Positions 1 to 9,520 of a DNA stretch of 34,926 bases are shown in pieces (within the stretch, counting starts at the first letter, position 1; the number at the start of each line of letters is the position of its first letter). Source of the stretch: Ignavibacteriota bacterium (lineage in GTDB: Bacteria > Bacteroidota > Ignavibacteria > Palsa-1295); contig JANYLL010000296.1 of assembly GCA_025357895.1 (NCBI GenBank), positions 1 through 34,926 of the forward strand, written 5' to 3'. The translations under genes were made by a program, and so were the position numbers. Below the pieces are notes generated by a model that was given only the letters and a program-made list of their open reading frames with translations, was not told where the DNA came from and ran no database searches.

Positions 1-1146
1 ATGATCTATACGATGTTCGCAAAATGGGTGCAGGGCTATCGTGATCTGCCGATCCTCATGAATCAATGGGCGAACGTGATGCGATGGGAAATGCGTACCC
101 GCTTATTCTTGCGAACAGCAGAATTTCTTTGGCAGGAAGGACACACAGCACATGAAACTGAAGCAGAAGCAGAAGAAGAGGCACTGAAGATGCTCGGAGT
201 CTATCGTACGTTTGCCGAAAATTTTATGGCTACTCCGGTTATCACAGGGCGTAAGACCGATAGCGAAAGATTTGCCGGAGCGCTTCGAACATATTGCATT
301 GAAGCAATGATGCAGGATAATAAAGCTTTGCAGGCAGGTACAAGTCATAACCTCGGGCAAAATTTCTCGAAAGTATTCGATCTGAAATTCCAGGGACGAG
401 ACGGCACTGTGCAATATGCCTGGAATACTTCATGGGGTGTTTCGACAAGACTTGTCGGCAGCCTTATTATGACGCATTCCGACGATGACGGACTTGTACT
501 TCCGCCAAGACTTGCTCCGACCGTTGCCGTGATCGTGCCGATCTTCAAGACGGACGAAGAAAAAGTAATCGTACTTGAAACAGCTGATGCAATTTATAAA
601 GAGCTGAAATCAAAAGGATTCAGAGTAAAGATCGATACTCGCGATAATATGTCACCAGGTGCGAAATATTTTGAATGGGAATTGAAGGGTGTGCCGCTTC
701 GCATCGAGATCGGCCCGAAAGATGTTGCGAATAAAACTGTTGTCATCGTTCCGCGTATCGCTCTCGATTCACAGGAAGCTCCGAAACCCGGAAGGAAGCA
801 GAAGCTTTTTGTGAATATGGACGATCTCTTTGATAAAGTCGAAGCTCTTTCTGTAGAATTGCAAGCACAACTTTTGAAAAATGCAATCACCAGACGTGAA
901 GCAAATACCATTCGCGGAGTCAAAAGTTATGAAGAAATGAAAGAGATCTTTTCCAAGGGCGAAGGAGCATTTGTTTATGCCGGGTGGAATGGCGATCCTG
1001 CTATTGAAGCGAAAGTCAAAGAAGAAACGAAAGCAACGATCCGCTGCATACCGGATGCTGAATTCAGAAGTGCGAATGCACCTGATAAATGTTTAATTTC
1101 AGGTGAACCTGCGAAACATGAAGTGATTTGGGCGAAGGCGTATTAA
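1..1146 (+). CDS. proS: Proline--tRNA ligase, eukaryote/archaea-like type (5' partial)
   Basis: QWANVMRWEMRTRLFLRTAEFLWQEGHT (class II motif 2), ALQAGTSHNLGQNF, SWGVSTRLVG (motif 3), anticodon-binding domain, C-terminal AKAY; ORF runs off the window start. Confidence 0.97.
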   Translation: MIYTMFAKWVQGYRDLPILMNQWANVMRWEMRTRLFLRTAEFLWQEGHTAHETEAEAEEEALKMLGVYRTFAENFMATPVITGRKTDSERFAGALRTYCIEAMMQDNKALQAGTSHNLGQNFSKVFDLKFQGRDGTVQYAWNTSWGVSTRLVGSLIMTHSDDDGLVLPPRLAPTVAVIVPIFKTDEEKVIVLETADAIYKELKSKGFRVKIDTRDNMSPGAKYFEWELKGVPLRIEIGPKDVANKTVVIVPRIALDSQEAPKPGRKQKLFVNMDDLFDKVEALSVELQAQLLKNAITRREANTIRGVKSYEEMKEIFSKGEGAFVYAGWNGDPAIEAKVKEETKATIRCIPDAEFRSANAPDKCLISGEPAKHEVIWAKAY

Positions 1147-1164
1147 AAATCTTTAGATGATTTT

Positions 1165-1706
1165 TTATTTCCAATCCATTTGAAACTCTCCACTTTCTTG
1201 AACAAATAACGAGCCATCTTTACCCCAAACAGGGCGCAACACTCGCTGTTTCGAGTTAAATGTCGGATCACCGGTCGTCCAGAGAAGATTGCCGTTTAGA
1301 TCAACGACATACACAATTCCAGCTGACTACCCGTCATCATAAGCGATTGATTGCTTATCAGGAGAGAGTTGTGGATTATTAAAATAATCATCGTAGGTAA
1401 TATCAAATGGAACGTCGTGGTTTTGTTTGACGATTATTTGTTTCTGTGCTCCATCTGCCGAAAAAATTGCTAAACCATCCGTTGCCACAACAAGAATTCT
1501 TCCGTCGGATAACACATTCGGTCTTGTTGCGTAACCGATCTTTGTAACTGTGCCTGTTCCAAGATTGATCTTATGTAGTTCGCTTGACGTATTATAGTAA
1601 AGTGTCCGTTAAGACCGGAGCTAGTATTTGTGCGTGTTGTTGAACTTGAACAGGAAATAAAGAAAATAGATGTAAGAATGAGGAATTCAAATTTTAATTT
1701 ATTCAT
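1165..1706 (-). pseudogene. Disrupted TolB-like/beta-propeller lipoprotein (one frameshift plus one in-frame TAG)
   Basis: Lipobox FISC at the N-terminus; frame switch near 1599-1601 into YYNTSSELHKINLGTGTVTKIGYATRPNVLSDGRILV; NPQLSPDKQSIAY; TAG at 1327-1329 followed in frame by SAGIVYVVDLNGNLLW...RPVWGKDGSLFV up to TAA at 1165-1167. Confidence 0.75.
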
Positions 1707-1872
1707 TAAGATATAGTATTTAATAAAACAAAAGAAGGGCTTAAATCTTCTGTGCGAACATTTACCTGAAAAAGAGAATGAAATATAGGGGAGTGATAAA
1801 CATTCACATACAACCCTCCATTATTCCCTAAGTGCCGGATGTGTAAAAGACAGAAACTTTGAGATAAAAAGA

Positions 1873-1903
1873 TTTAATATTTTGCTAATGTAATTGTGAT
1901 AAT
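1873..1903 (+). promoter_or_regulatory. Possible Pho-box-like direct repeats upstream of pstS
   Basis: TAAT/TAAT/TGAT at 1875, 1886 and 1897, an 11-bp period typical of PhoB/OmpR-family sites; AT-rich context makes it weak. Confidence 0.35.
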
Positions 1904-1975
1904 CTTTTCCCCGGCTTTCATGTTGCTTTTTCTCCCTTAATCCCCTTCTCATTAATTCGAAAAATTCTCAATACA

Positions 1976-2821
1976 ATGAAAAAAAATATTTTTACTTTTT
2001 TCCTCGCTTTGGCATTTGTAACTTTTTTTGGCTGCAAAAGCGGCGGCGAAAAAGCTCAGGACGTTATTACAGTGAAAGGCTCTGATACCATGGTTCAGTT
2101 AGGACAGCGTTGGGCGGAAAAATACATGTCCGATCATAAGGATGTTCAGTTGCAAGTGACAGGCGGCGGTTCGGGAACAGGAATCAGCGCATTAATAAAC
2201 GGCACGACTGATATCTGCATGGCAAGCCGCCCCATGAAAGATGCAGAAAAACAACAGTTGCTCGTAAAGAATAAAGTTGCAGTCACGGAAACAGTTGTTG
2301 CCCGCGATGGAATTACCATCTATTTAAATACCGAAAATCCGGTTAAAGAATTAACCTTCGAACAATTAAGAAAGATCTATCTAGGCGAAACAAAGAATTG
2401 GAAGGATGTCGGAGGAAAAGATACACCAATCATTATTTATGGTCGCGAGAATTCCTCAGGGACGTATTCTTTTTTCAAAGAGCATGTCCTTGAGAATAAA
2501 GACTTCGCAAATAACGTGCAATCATTACCCGGAACATCCGCAGTGGTAAATGCAGTAAAGAAAGATCCCAATGGTATTGGTTATGGCGGAGCAGGTTATG
2601 CGAAGGACATCAAAGAGTGCGCTGTAAAGAAAGATGCAAATGGCACAGCCTTGCTTCCTGTCAAAGAAAATATCGATAACAATAGCTATCCTTTGAGCCG
2701 GAATCTTTATCTTTACACGAGCAAATCACCAGAGGGAAAGATCAAGGAATTTATTGACTGGATCCTCACGCCTACAGGTCAGGAAGTGGTTACAAAAGAA
2801 GGGTACTTTGCTGTGAAGTAA
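1976..2821 (+). CDS. pstS: PstS-family phosphate ABC transporter substrate-binding lipoprotein
   Basis: Lipobox FFGC; KGSDTM, VTGGGSGTGI, MASR, GRENSSGTY, YPLSRNLYLY motifs. Confidence 0.92.
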   Translation: MKKNIFTFFLALAFVTFFGCKSGGEKAQDVITVKGSDTMVQLGQRWAEKYMSDHKDVQLQVTGGGSGTGISALINGTTDICMASRPMKDAEKQQLLVKNKVAVTETVVARDGITIYLNTENPVKELTFEQLRKIYLGETKNWKDVGGKDTPIIIYGRENSSGTYSFFKEHVLENKDFANNVQSLPGTSAVVNAVKKDPNGIGYGGAGYAKDIKECAVKKDANGTALLPVKENIDNNSYPLSRNLYLYTSKSPEGKIKEFIDWILTPTGQEVVTKEGYFAVK

Positions 2822-2860
2822 AAAGACACCTGCAAAATACTGAATTTATGATCCAGAAGC

Positions 2861-3475
2861 CTAAAAAGCTCCACGACCAGAAAGAACAACATTGATCGTT
2901 AAAAGTAATATCTTTATATCCTTTTGTAACGAAATTTCATCAATGTATCGAAGATCATAGGGAAGCATTTCTTTTGCGGAGTTATTTTTTTCCCTGGCAT
3001 AGATCTGCCAATAACCGGTGATCCCCGGGAGTACAGAAAGACGTTTTTTCCTTTCGTGAATTCCTTCGATCATGAATCCAAGGAGCGGACGAGGACCTAC
3101 CAAACTCATGCTGCCTGCAAGAACATTGAATAGCTGCGGCAGTTCATCTATCGAAGTACGGCGTAGAAATTTTCCGACAGGGCTGACCCGGGGATCGCTT
3201 TCCATTTTTAAAAGAATGCCTTCTGCGGCAAGTTTATATGCTCGTTCTTCGAGCAAGCCGCCCGAAGAATTGTTATACATCGTTCTGAACTTTAACAATC
3301 GGAAAGGCTTTTCGTCTTTTCCGATTCGTGTACTAATAAAAAATCCTTGTCCTCGACTTGTAACTCTTATTGCAAGCCATGCCAGAATCATTATCGGAGA
3401 AAAAAATACAATAAGAATAACGCTTAACGAAAGATCGAAAAAACGTTTTAGTTTTAAGGTGTAAAATGAGTCCAT
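2861..3475 (-). CDS. Bacterial sugar transferase (small monotopic phosphoglycosyl transferase)
   Basis: KRFFD, KFRTM, DPRV..GKFLRRTSIDELPQLFNVLAGSMSLVGPRP, PGITGYWQI; start placed at ATG 3475 to avoid overlap with the upstream gene. Confidence 0.92.
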   Translation of the reverse strand: MDSFYTLKLKRFFDLSLSVILIVFFSPIMILAWLAIRVTSRGQGFFISTRIGKDEKPFRLLKFRTMYNNSSGGLLEERAYKLAAEGILLKMESDPRVSPVGKFLRRTSIDELPQLFNVLAGSMSLVGPRPLLGFMIEGIHERKKRLSVLPGITGYWQIYAREKNNSAKEMLPYDLRYIDEISLQKDIKILLLTINVVLSGRGAF

Positions 3476-3485
3476 AAGTACTAAT

Positions 3486-4766
3486 TCAAACAGATGCCTC
3501 TTCTGCAGCCCTTTTCCCACTCAGAATAGTTTGATCCATATTCAAATATTCCCATTCGCCGAATCTACCGCAGGGGATTATTCCGATACTTCTTAGATAG
3601 CGATGGATGGTGTCCACTGACTCGCGATGTTCAGGCGTATATATGATATATGCCGGTTCAATATGAATAATTTTTTTTACAAGGATTTGATCATTTTTTC
3701 GCAGCACTCCGATTGTCGTTAATTGTGAAATTGTTTGCTCAATAATGTCCGATTGCGGGAGAGGTCGGTAATCCGACGAAGAGATCTCTGCCATGATCGA
3801 ACTTGTTCCAGACGGAACAAGCGAAGGCGAGAAATTCATCGGAAAACTTATTCGTTGAAAAATAAATCGTTCTTCGGGAAAGTATACCCAATGTTTTTTG
3901 GAAATTTCTTCGCGCTCAATTCCCAAATTTACAGTAGTTACTCTGTTGGCTTTCAATTTTCCTGCCGCTAGGCTCACTTTATAAGGTGGGTTTTTTATGA
4001 TAGCAATAAGTTGAGGTAATGGTAAAGAGCTGATAAGTATTTCATACTTTTTTTTTCCGTTTTGAAAATCTAAAGTCCGTGTTTCCGGATTGAGTCCAAT
4101 GCACTTCTGCCCATATTGAATACTCTGAATAAAAGGAAGAAAACTATCCGGCAATGCCGAAGTTCCGCCGTGTAAGGGATACCAAAATGTCGCATTCGGT
4201 CCGTAATCCGTTCGTTTTTTTGAATATATCCCTTTTGCAACATCACGAAATCTTGGTTCCTGAACCCGATCATCTATCCAATCATGACTCATCGAACGAA
4301 GCTCGGCAGCCCAAACTTTTTTATTAAATGGGATCATAAAATTCTTTGCTATTCCTGTTCCGAAACGGTTACCGATCCACTCTTCAAAATTATGTGCATG
4401 CTTTGCTTTTCTATAAAATTTTCTGAGTAGTAGCCCAAACAAATTTTCCCATATGATTCGTTTGGGAAGTCCTTTCATGTTACCCTGATAAGGATATTGA
4501 GTATATCTATCGTTCGTATAGATCCATGAGCTTCTTTTTTGCTCTAAGAAATTATTCCCTAAAAGTGTGCGAATCAATCTCGAAGCATACGGATCTTTTG
4601 TAAACAGTATGTGGATAGCATGATCAAACGTAAAGCCATTAATTTTTACTGATCCTGCGATTCCACCATGAGTTGCGCTGCGCTCTATCAATTCATACTC
4701 ACGGTTGAGATGATATGCTGCACTAAGACCTGCCAAACCAGCACCGAGAATAATTATTTTTTCCAT
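3486..4766 (-). CDS. FAD-dependent oxidoreductase, UDP-galactopyranose mutase/protoporphyrinogen oxidase-like
   Basis: IILGAGLAGL Rossmann motif, GG...GFTFD, FWYPLHGG, GRFGEWEYLNMDQ; lies between two glycosyltransferase genes. Confidence 0.8.
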   Translation of the reverse strand: MEKIIILGAGLAGLSAAYHLNREYELIERSATHGGIAGSVKINGFTFDHAIHILFTKDPYASRLIRTLLGNNFLEQKRSSWIYTNDRYTQYPYQGNMKGLPKRIIWENLFGLLLRKFYRKAKHAHNFEEWIGNRFGTGIAKNFMIPFNKKVWAAELRSMSHDWIDDRVQEPRFRDVAKGIYSKKRTDYGPNATFWYPLHGGTSALPDSFLPFIQSIQYGQKCIGLNPETRTLDFQNGKKKYEILISSLPLPQLIAIIKNPPYKVSLAAGKLKANRVTTVNLGIEREEISKKHWVYFPEERFIFQRISFPMNFSPSLVPSGTSSIMAEISSSDYRPLPQSDIIEQTISQLTTIGVLRKNDQILVKKIIHIEPAYIIYTPEHRESVDTIHRYLRSIGIIPCGRFGEWEYLNMDQTILSGKRAAEEASV

Positions 4767-4859
4767 TAGTTTAAAAATTGACACATGTTCAAATTTTTTT
4801 AATACGAATCGACTCGTTATATAAAAGACAATTGAGATTCGAAAACGTTACAGTTTTTT

Positions 4860-6113
4860 TTAGGGCAATAATTTTTGCCCTATTTTTTTTACCCCATAAA
4901 CAACGGAAAATGCTGCTAAAGGAATGAGATATGGATCGACCTTGATCATCTTATGGCGTGATTGTACGAAGAAAATCATTGATACCAAGGTTGAATACAA
5001 AAATAGCGTTTGAATCAGAGACCGTGCCTTTATATTTTTGATCATGAACAGGCCGATGACTCCGGAAATGATGAGGAATATGTTAAAATAGTAGTACAGC
5101 TTCTTATATGCTGAAAACTCAGGACGAGCCGCTTCGTGGTTTCTTGTAAACCAATGGTAAAAGAATTTTTTCGTAGCAAGTGTCAATGCATCGGTCGGGT
5201 GATCGGAAATCCATTTGAATGCAGTATGCAGAAGCAATTTGTCCAGCTCCGGCTGAGTATGAGTTTTGGAATAATTCATTATGTTAGTTTCTTCAGAAAC
5301 AGATTCTGCGGTTTTTTCTGATTGAAGTAGTTCACCGGAAGCTAATGAATTATTTCCGATAAAGAGGTTATAGCCACCATTTGCACTTAACGGAATAAAT
5401 GAATGAAAGACTACAGCATTACGAATCGTCCATGGCAACAAAATTAGTATTGTAATCAGAAGGCTTTCTCCGATATATCTAAAAAGCTGTTTTCGAGCCA
5501 ATTGTATTTTACTATGCCGTATCACCCATACAGCAAAAAATACCATGCCGATCACCATATCCGGCCGGACAAGGAGTTGAATTCCGATTATCAGCCCCAG
5601 AAAAAGCCATTTTTTTTCTGTTGATTCTTCTGAAAGCGAATAAAGAATTGAAATTGTCGCTGCGATGAGGAGGATATTCAATGCATTCGGATCAATACAT
5701 TCGGCAAGCAACCAAAGCGGAACATAACACTGAAGTGCTATAAAACCCATCAGAGCGAAATGGAAAGGAATTATTTTACGGAAGAAAAAAAATATTAATA
5801 CGTAGGCAATTTGTAAAAAAATAAGATTAAGAATTTGTAATACAATGATATTGCCTTTGCAATAAAGAACAATTGCGACGATAGCAGTATAAATTGGAGT
5901 TATATAACTATGAACTGCAGGTGTTTCAGCAAAAGGATATGCAGAGGAATATCCTTTTCCAGCAATAAGATTTGTGGCTATATAATATGGTTCGCCGACG
6001 ACTGTGGGCGACGACAGGGTAATAAGTTGAACGAAAAAAAAACTCATGCTGGTTGCGCAAATAATTAGCGATAGTTTTTTTTTCGAAATTCCAATGTTAT
6101 TCCAAAAACTCAT
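4860..6113 (-). CDS. Integral-membrane glycosyltransferase, GT-C fold (ArnT/PMT, GT39/83-like)
   Basis: Many hydrophobic segments; YYIATNLIAGKGY, P.Y, LVRP, LPWTIRN..VFHSFIPLSANGGYNLFIGNN; start placed at ATG 6113. Confidence 0.8.
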   Translation of the reverse strand: MSFWNNIGISKKKLSLIICATSMSFFFVQLITLSSPTVVGEPYYIATNLIAGKGYSSAYPFAETPAVHSYITPIYTAIVAIVLYCKGNIIVLQILNLIFLQIAYVLIFFFFRKIIPFHFALMGFIALQCYVPLWLLAECIDPNALNILLIAATISILYSLSEESTEKKWLFLGLIIGIQLLVRPDMVIGMVFFAVWVIRHSKIQLARKQLFRYIGESLLITILILLPWTIRNAVVFHSFIPLSANGGYNLFIGNNSLASGELLQSEKTAESVSEETNIMNYSKTHTQPELDKLLLHTAFKWISDHPTDALTLATKKFFYHWFTRNHEAARPEFSAYKKLYYYFNIFLIISGVIGLFMIKNIKARSLIQTLFLYSTLVSMIFFVQSRHKMIKVDPYLIPLAAFSVVYGVKKIGQKLLP

Positions 6114-6290
6114 GCAGGGATTAGAAGTTGTATGTTTTCGCAGTATGCTGCGTTGTAAACGGAAATTTATAGTGCAAAGATAAGGATTTCTGCGTCTTGG
6201 TTCCGCATATATGAGGATTGAACGGTTATATTTTTTTGTTAAATTGTACCTTAACTTTAGTATTTTTACATAATCTTTCAATTCGATCGA

Positions 6291-7151
6291 ATGCATTTTT
6301 TACGTCAATGGCTCTGCTTCCTATTGTTTTTACCGATTATAGCTTCATGTTCAAAGGAAAGGGAGGAGCCGCTAAAAAAAGTTATTCCTCAATTTGTTTC
6401 TCAGCCTCCTAAAGATAATCTTAAAACAAAAGCAGTTGATACAAATTTATATAAATCTTATAAACTAACCGGCGCACAATCCTTATCCGATCTTTCACAA
6501 GAGCTCGGTGAGAAGAGAATGTTCATTCTACTGAAGATCAATCGGCGAGACCTAAAACATCTGAAGGAAGGAGAAACATATGCCATACCAAATTCAGATG
6601 ATAGTGAGAATACATACTCTCCCTACCCATTGCATGTTTCAGCGTTAGATTCAATTCACAAAATCATTATCGTTTCGCGGCGAGTGCAGGCATTTGTTGC
6701 CTATGAAAATGGGAAGCTCATCAAATGGGGACCCACAAGCACCGGCAAAAAATCCACTCCGACACCTGAAGGGCTCTATCATACGAATTGGAAGTCAAAA
6801 GAGACCCATAGTACTGTTGACGATGCATGGCTATTGAAATGGTATTTTAATCTCGATAATCTTGAGGGTATTTCAATGCATGAATATGACCTTCCCGGTT
6901 ACCCGGTCAGCCATAGTTGCATCAGGCTTTTGTCCCAAGATGCAGAAGGGATCTATAATTGGGCAGAGCAATGGAAATTGTCCCCTGATAGAAAAACCAT
7001 TGCCGAGAATGGAACACCGGTTATAGTATTCGGAGAATATGCTTACGGCAAAACCCCTCCTTGGAAAAAATTACTCTCTGATGTTCATGCTGCCGATATT
7101 TCTGAAACAGAAATGAACGAAGTGATAAAGAAGTATATGTCGCAAAAATAA
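6291..7151 (+). CDS. L,D-transpeptidase (YkuD family) lipoprotein
   Basis: Lipobox IASC; STGKKSTPTPEG; catalytic HEYDLPGYPVSHSCIRL. Confidence 0.9.
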   Translation: MHFLRQWLCFLLFLPIIASCSKEREEPLKKVIPQFVSQPPKDNLKTKAVDTNLYKSYKLTGAQSLSDLSQELGEKRMFILLKINRRDLKHLKEGETYAIPNSDDSENTYSPYPLHVSALDSIHKIIIVSRRVQAFVAYENGKLIKWGPTSTGKKSTPTPEGLYHTNWKSKETHSTVDDAWLLKWYFNLDNLEGISMHEYDLPGYPVSHSCIRLLSQDAEGIYNWAEQWKLSPDRKTIAENGTPVIVFGEYAYGKTPPWKKLLSDVHAADISETEMNEVIKKYMSQK

Positions 7152-7246
7152 AATGCAACTATCTCCTTCAAAGATTTATTTATATAGTACAATTATTTCT
7201 CTCCCTATTCAATAAAATAACTATTAAACAGAAAGGCTATTTCATC

Positions 7247-7438
7247 ATGGATGAGCTAAATAAAGAAGTTCAAAATATCAAGATACCGCCACCAGAATCA
7301 AGAGGTAATGCAATGGTACTGATATGGAAATGCACAAGTTGCGGTCATATTTTTCATCTCGATAACACTATTCTCCCGGAAAATTGCCCAAGTTGCAATA
7401 AAACGAAAGAATTTTTCGAGCAGGTAATAGAGGACTAA
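7247..7438 (+). CDS. Small rubredoxin-like metal-binding protein
   Basis: WKCTSCGH...PENCPSC...KEFF: two CxxC knuckles. Confidence 0.75.
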   Translation: MDELNKEVQNIKIPPPESRGNAMVLIWKCTSCGHIFHLDNTILPENCPSCNKTKEFFEQVIED

Positions 7439-7449
7439 TTTTTGTAAAA

Positions 7450-7475
7450 GTGGGACTGACTAAAGTCCGTCCCAT
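7450..7475. repeat. GTGG-tagged REP-like palindrome (family B, copy 1), between convergent genes
   Basis: GTGGGACTGACTAAAGTCCGTCCCAT; similar copies at 21384, 21934 and 22522. Confidence 0.75.
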
Positions 7476-7481
7476 TACTGC

Positions 7482-8516
7482 CTAATACTGTTCTCTTAGA
7501 AGTTCGACCATATCGCTCGTAACTGCAGAAGCAGTCGGAAAACTCCCTGCACCTTTGCCATGCAATATTTGCGGACCGGCATAGCGAGTGATGATCTCAA
7601 GAGCATTGAATTCATCAGATGTCGTTGCAAAAACATGTGATCTGGGTAATGCTTTAGGTTGAACGTTAGCAATTAATTCTCCGGATTCATCTAATGATGC
7701 GCTTGCAATAAACTTGATGACATTTCCGTTCTTCGAATCTCGTGCAACATCATCGGCAGTAATGCATTCGATTCCTTTCGTAATAATATTATTCGGTGTT
7801 ATATGTTTGCCGAATGCATGGTAGATAAGCACGGATAATTTCTGGGCGGCATCTTGCCCCGAAACATCTAAGGTCGGATCGGCTTCGAGAAAGCCTTTGA
7901 TCCTCGCTTCGGCAAGAGCTTGTTCGTAAGTCAGTCCATAATTTGTCATACTCGTTAAGATAAAATTCGTTGAGCCATTGACAATTCCCTGCAACGAAAT
8001 TATTTTATCTCCGATACGAAGATCATCCAGCGCTTTCAATACCGGAACGCTGCCGCAGACCGAAGCGCTATAAAAGAGATTTACTCCGTTGCGATCAGCA
8101 AGTTTTCGTAGGCGCGGAAGTTCATGAGCTAAAATAAGTTTGTTTGCAGTGATAACATGTTTGCGAGAACGGAGTGCCTGTTCTATCACATCAAGTGCTT
8201 CATATCTTCCACCGATGAGTTCGATGATGACATCAATAGAATCGTCACATAATAATTCATTCGCATCCGCAGTGATGATATCTTGTGGAAGATCGGCATC
8301 GCGTTCTTTCAGAGGATCCCGGACACATATGCCAGTGATTTCTACATCAATGCCAAACCTATCATAAAACTCATCACGTTTTGTTTCGAGCATTCGCCAA
8401 ACACCGCTTCCGACAACGCCTAATCCGAAAAGACCGATGCGAAGTGTCTTTGTTGATTTCTTGATCAACATTTCTAATTCATTATCAACTTCAGTGTCAA
8501 ATAGTATCGTACTCAT
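7482..8516 (-). CDS. hom: Homoserine dehydrogenase (no ACT domain)
   Basis: GLFGLGVVG, VITANK, SASVCGSVPV, GIVNGSTNFIL, EADPTLDVSGQDAAQKL, GKGAGSFPTASAV. Confidence 0.95.
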   Translation of the reverse strand: MSTILFDTEVDNELEMLIKKSTKTLRIGLFGLGVVGSGVWRMLETKRDEFYDRFGIDVEITGICVRDPLKERDADLPQDIITADANELLCDDSIDVIIELIGGRYEALDVIEQALRSRKHVITANKLILAHELPRLRKLADRNGVNLFYSASVCGSVPVLKALDDLRIGDKIISLQGIVNGSTNFILTSMTNYGLTYEQALAEARIKGFLEADPTLDVSGQDAAQKLSVLIYHAFGKHITPNNIITKGIECITADDVARDSKNGNVIKFIASASLDESGELIANVQPKALPRSHVFATTSDEFNALEIITRYAGPQILHGKGAGSFPTASAVTSDMVELLREQY

Positions 8517-9520
8517 GCGAAGATCTCCTGTTTTACGGTTGTGGTAATGAAAGGACGAATAAGCTTTGCAAGTTTATCTTGTGCTACAAGAAACGAATCA
8601 TGCCCGAATGGCACATCAAACGATTTATATTTTGCATTCGAAACTCTGCTTGCAGTTTCTTTGATTTCATTTTCCGAATAAAGAATATCGGATGTAGTGC
8701 CGATAAAAAGTGCTTCAGCTTCTATGTTTCCAATGGAATCAGAAATATCATAAAGCTCCATCGCTTTTGTAAGTGTTAGATATGAATGTGGCGAAAATCT
8801 TTTAACGATCTTTTCTCCCTGATGTACAAGATAACTTTCAATTTCAAAAACATCTCCATTCTTGTCACGTCCAAAACGCCCGTCGAATTCTATGCTTGAT
8901 CGGTAAGATGTCATTGCGATCTGACGTGCAAGCTGCATTCCGCGCTTATATCCATCTTCGCCAAATTCGCTTCCGAACGTTTCAATAATTTTGCGTATCA
9001 CAGAACTAAATGCAATGCGCCAAGCAGAATGCGAAATCCCGACTGCAAGGGGAATAATTTTTTCAAAAAGGCTAGGCGCAATCGTAGCAAGTTCAAGCAA
9101 TACCATTCCGCCCATTGAGCCGCCAATTCCGAGTGAGACTTTTTCGATTCCAAGGGATTGGAGAATTGCGAGATGCTGCCTTGCAATATCGCCGATAGCA
9201 ATTACCGGAAAATCTGCATGGTACGGTTTTCCTGTCTTAGGATTTATTGATTCAGGACCGGTTGATCCATAGCAGCTTCCTAGAAAATTTGCACAAATTA
9301 TAAAATATTTTTTTGGATCGATGATCTTTCCTTCGCCGATGATGCCATTCCACCAATCGCTGCAATCGGCATTCCCGGTTAGTGCATGAAATACCAAAAC
9401 TACGTTCGCCCCATTCGTCCTATAAGAGCCATAAGTCCTATAGGAGAAGTCAACTTCGGGTAAAACTTGTCGGTTTTCTAACGAGAAATTTTTTATTTTT
9501 AAAACATATTCTTCACTCAT
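8513..9520 (-). CDS. metX: Homoserine O-acetyltransferase (MetX family)
   Basis: VFHALTG, GSCYGSTGP, nucleophile GGSMGG, GHDSFL; ATGA-type overlaps with both neighbours. Confidence 0.93.
   Translation of the reverse strand: MSEEYVLKIKNFSLENRQVLPEVDFSYRTYGSYRTNGANVVLVFHALTGNADCSDWWNGIIGEGKIIDPKKYFIICANFLGSCYGSTGPESINPKTGKPYHADFPVIAIGDIARQHLAILQSLGIEKVSLGIGGSMGGMVLLELATIAPSLFEKIIPLAVGISHSAWRIAFSSVIRKIIETFGSEFGEDGYKRGMQLARQIAMTSYRSSIEFDGRFGRDKNGDVFEIESYLVHQGEKIVKRFSPHSYLTLTKAMELYDISDSIGNIEAEALFIGTTSDILYSENEIKETASRVSNAKYKSFDVPFGHDSFLVAQDKLAKLIRPFITTTVKQEIFA

Noticed and set aside
1327-1329. Pyrrolysine or amber recoding
   Set aside because: The same gene also has a frameshift, TAG is a normal stop elsewhere in the window, and no pyl genes or suppressor tRNA are present
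6114-6296. 61-codon N-terminal extension of the GT-C ORF
   Set aside because: Runs through the divergent promoter region into the L,D-transpeptidase start and does not look protein-like; ATG 6113 is more plausible
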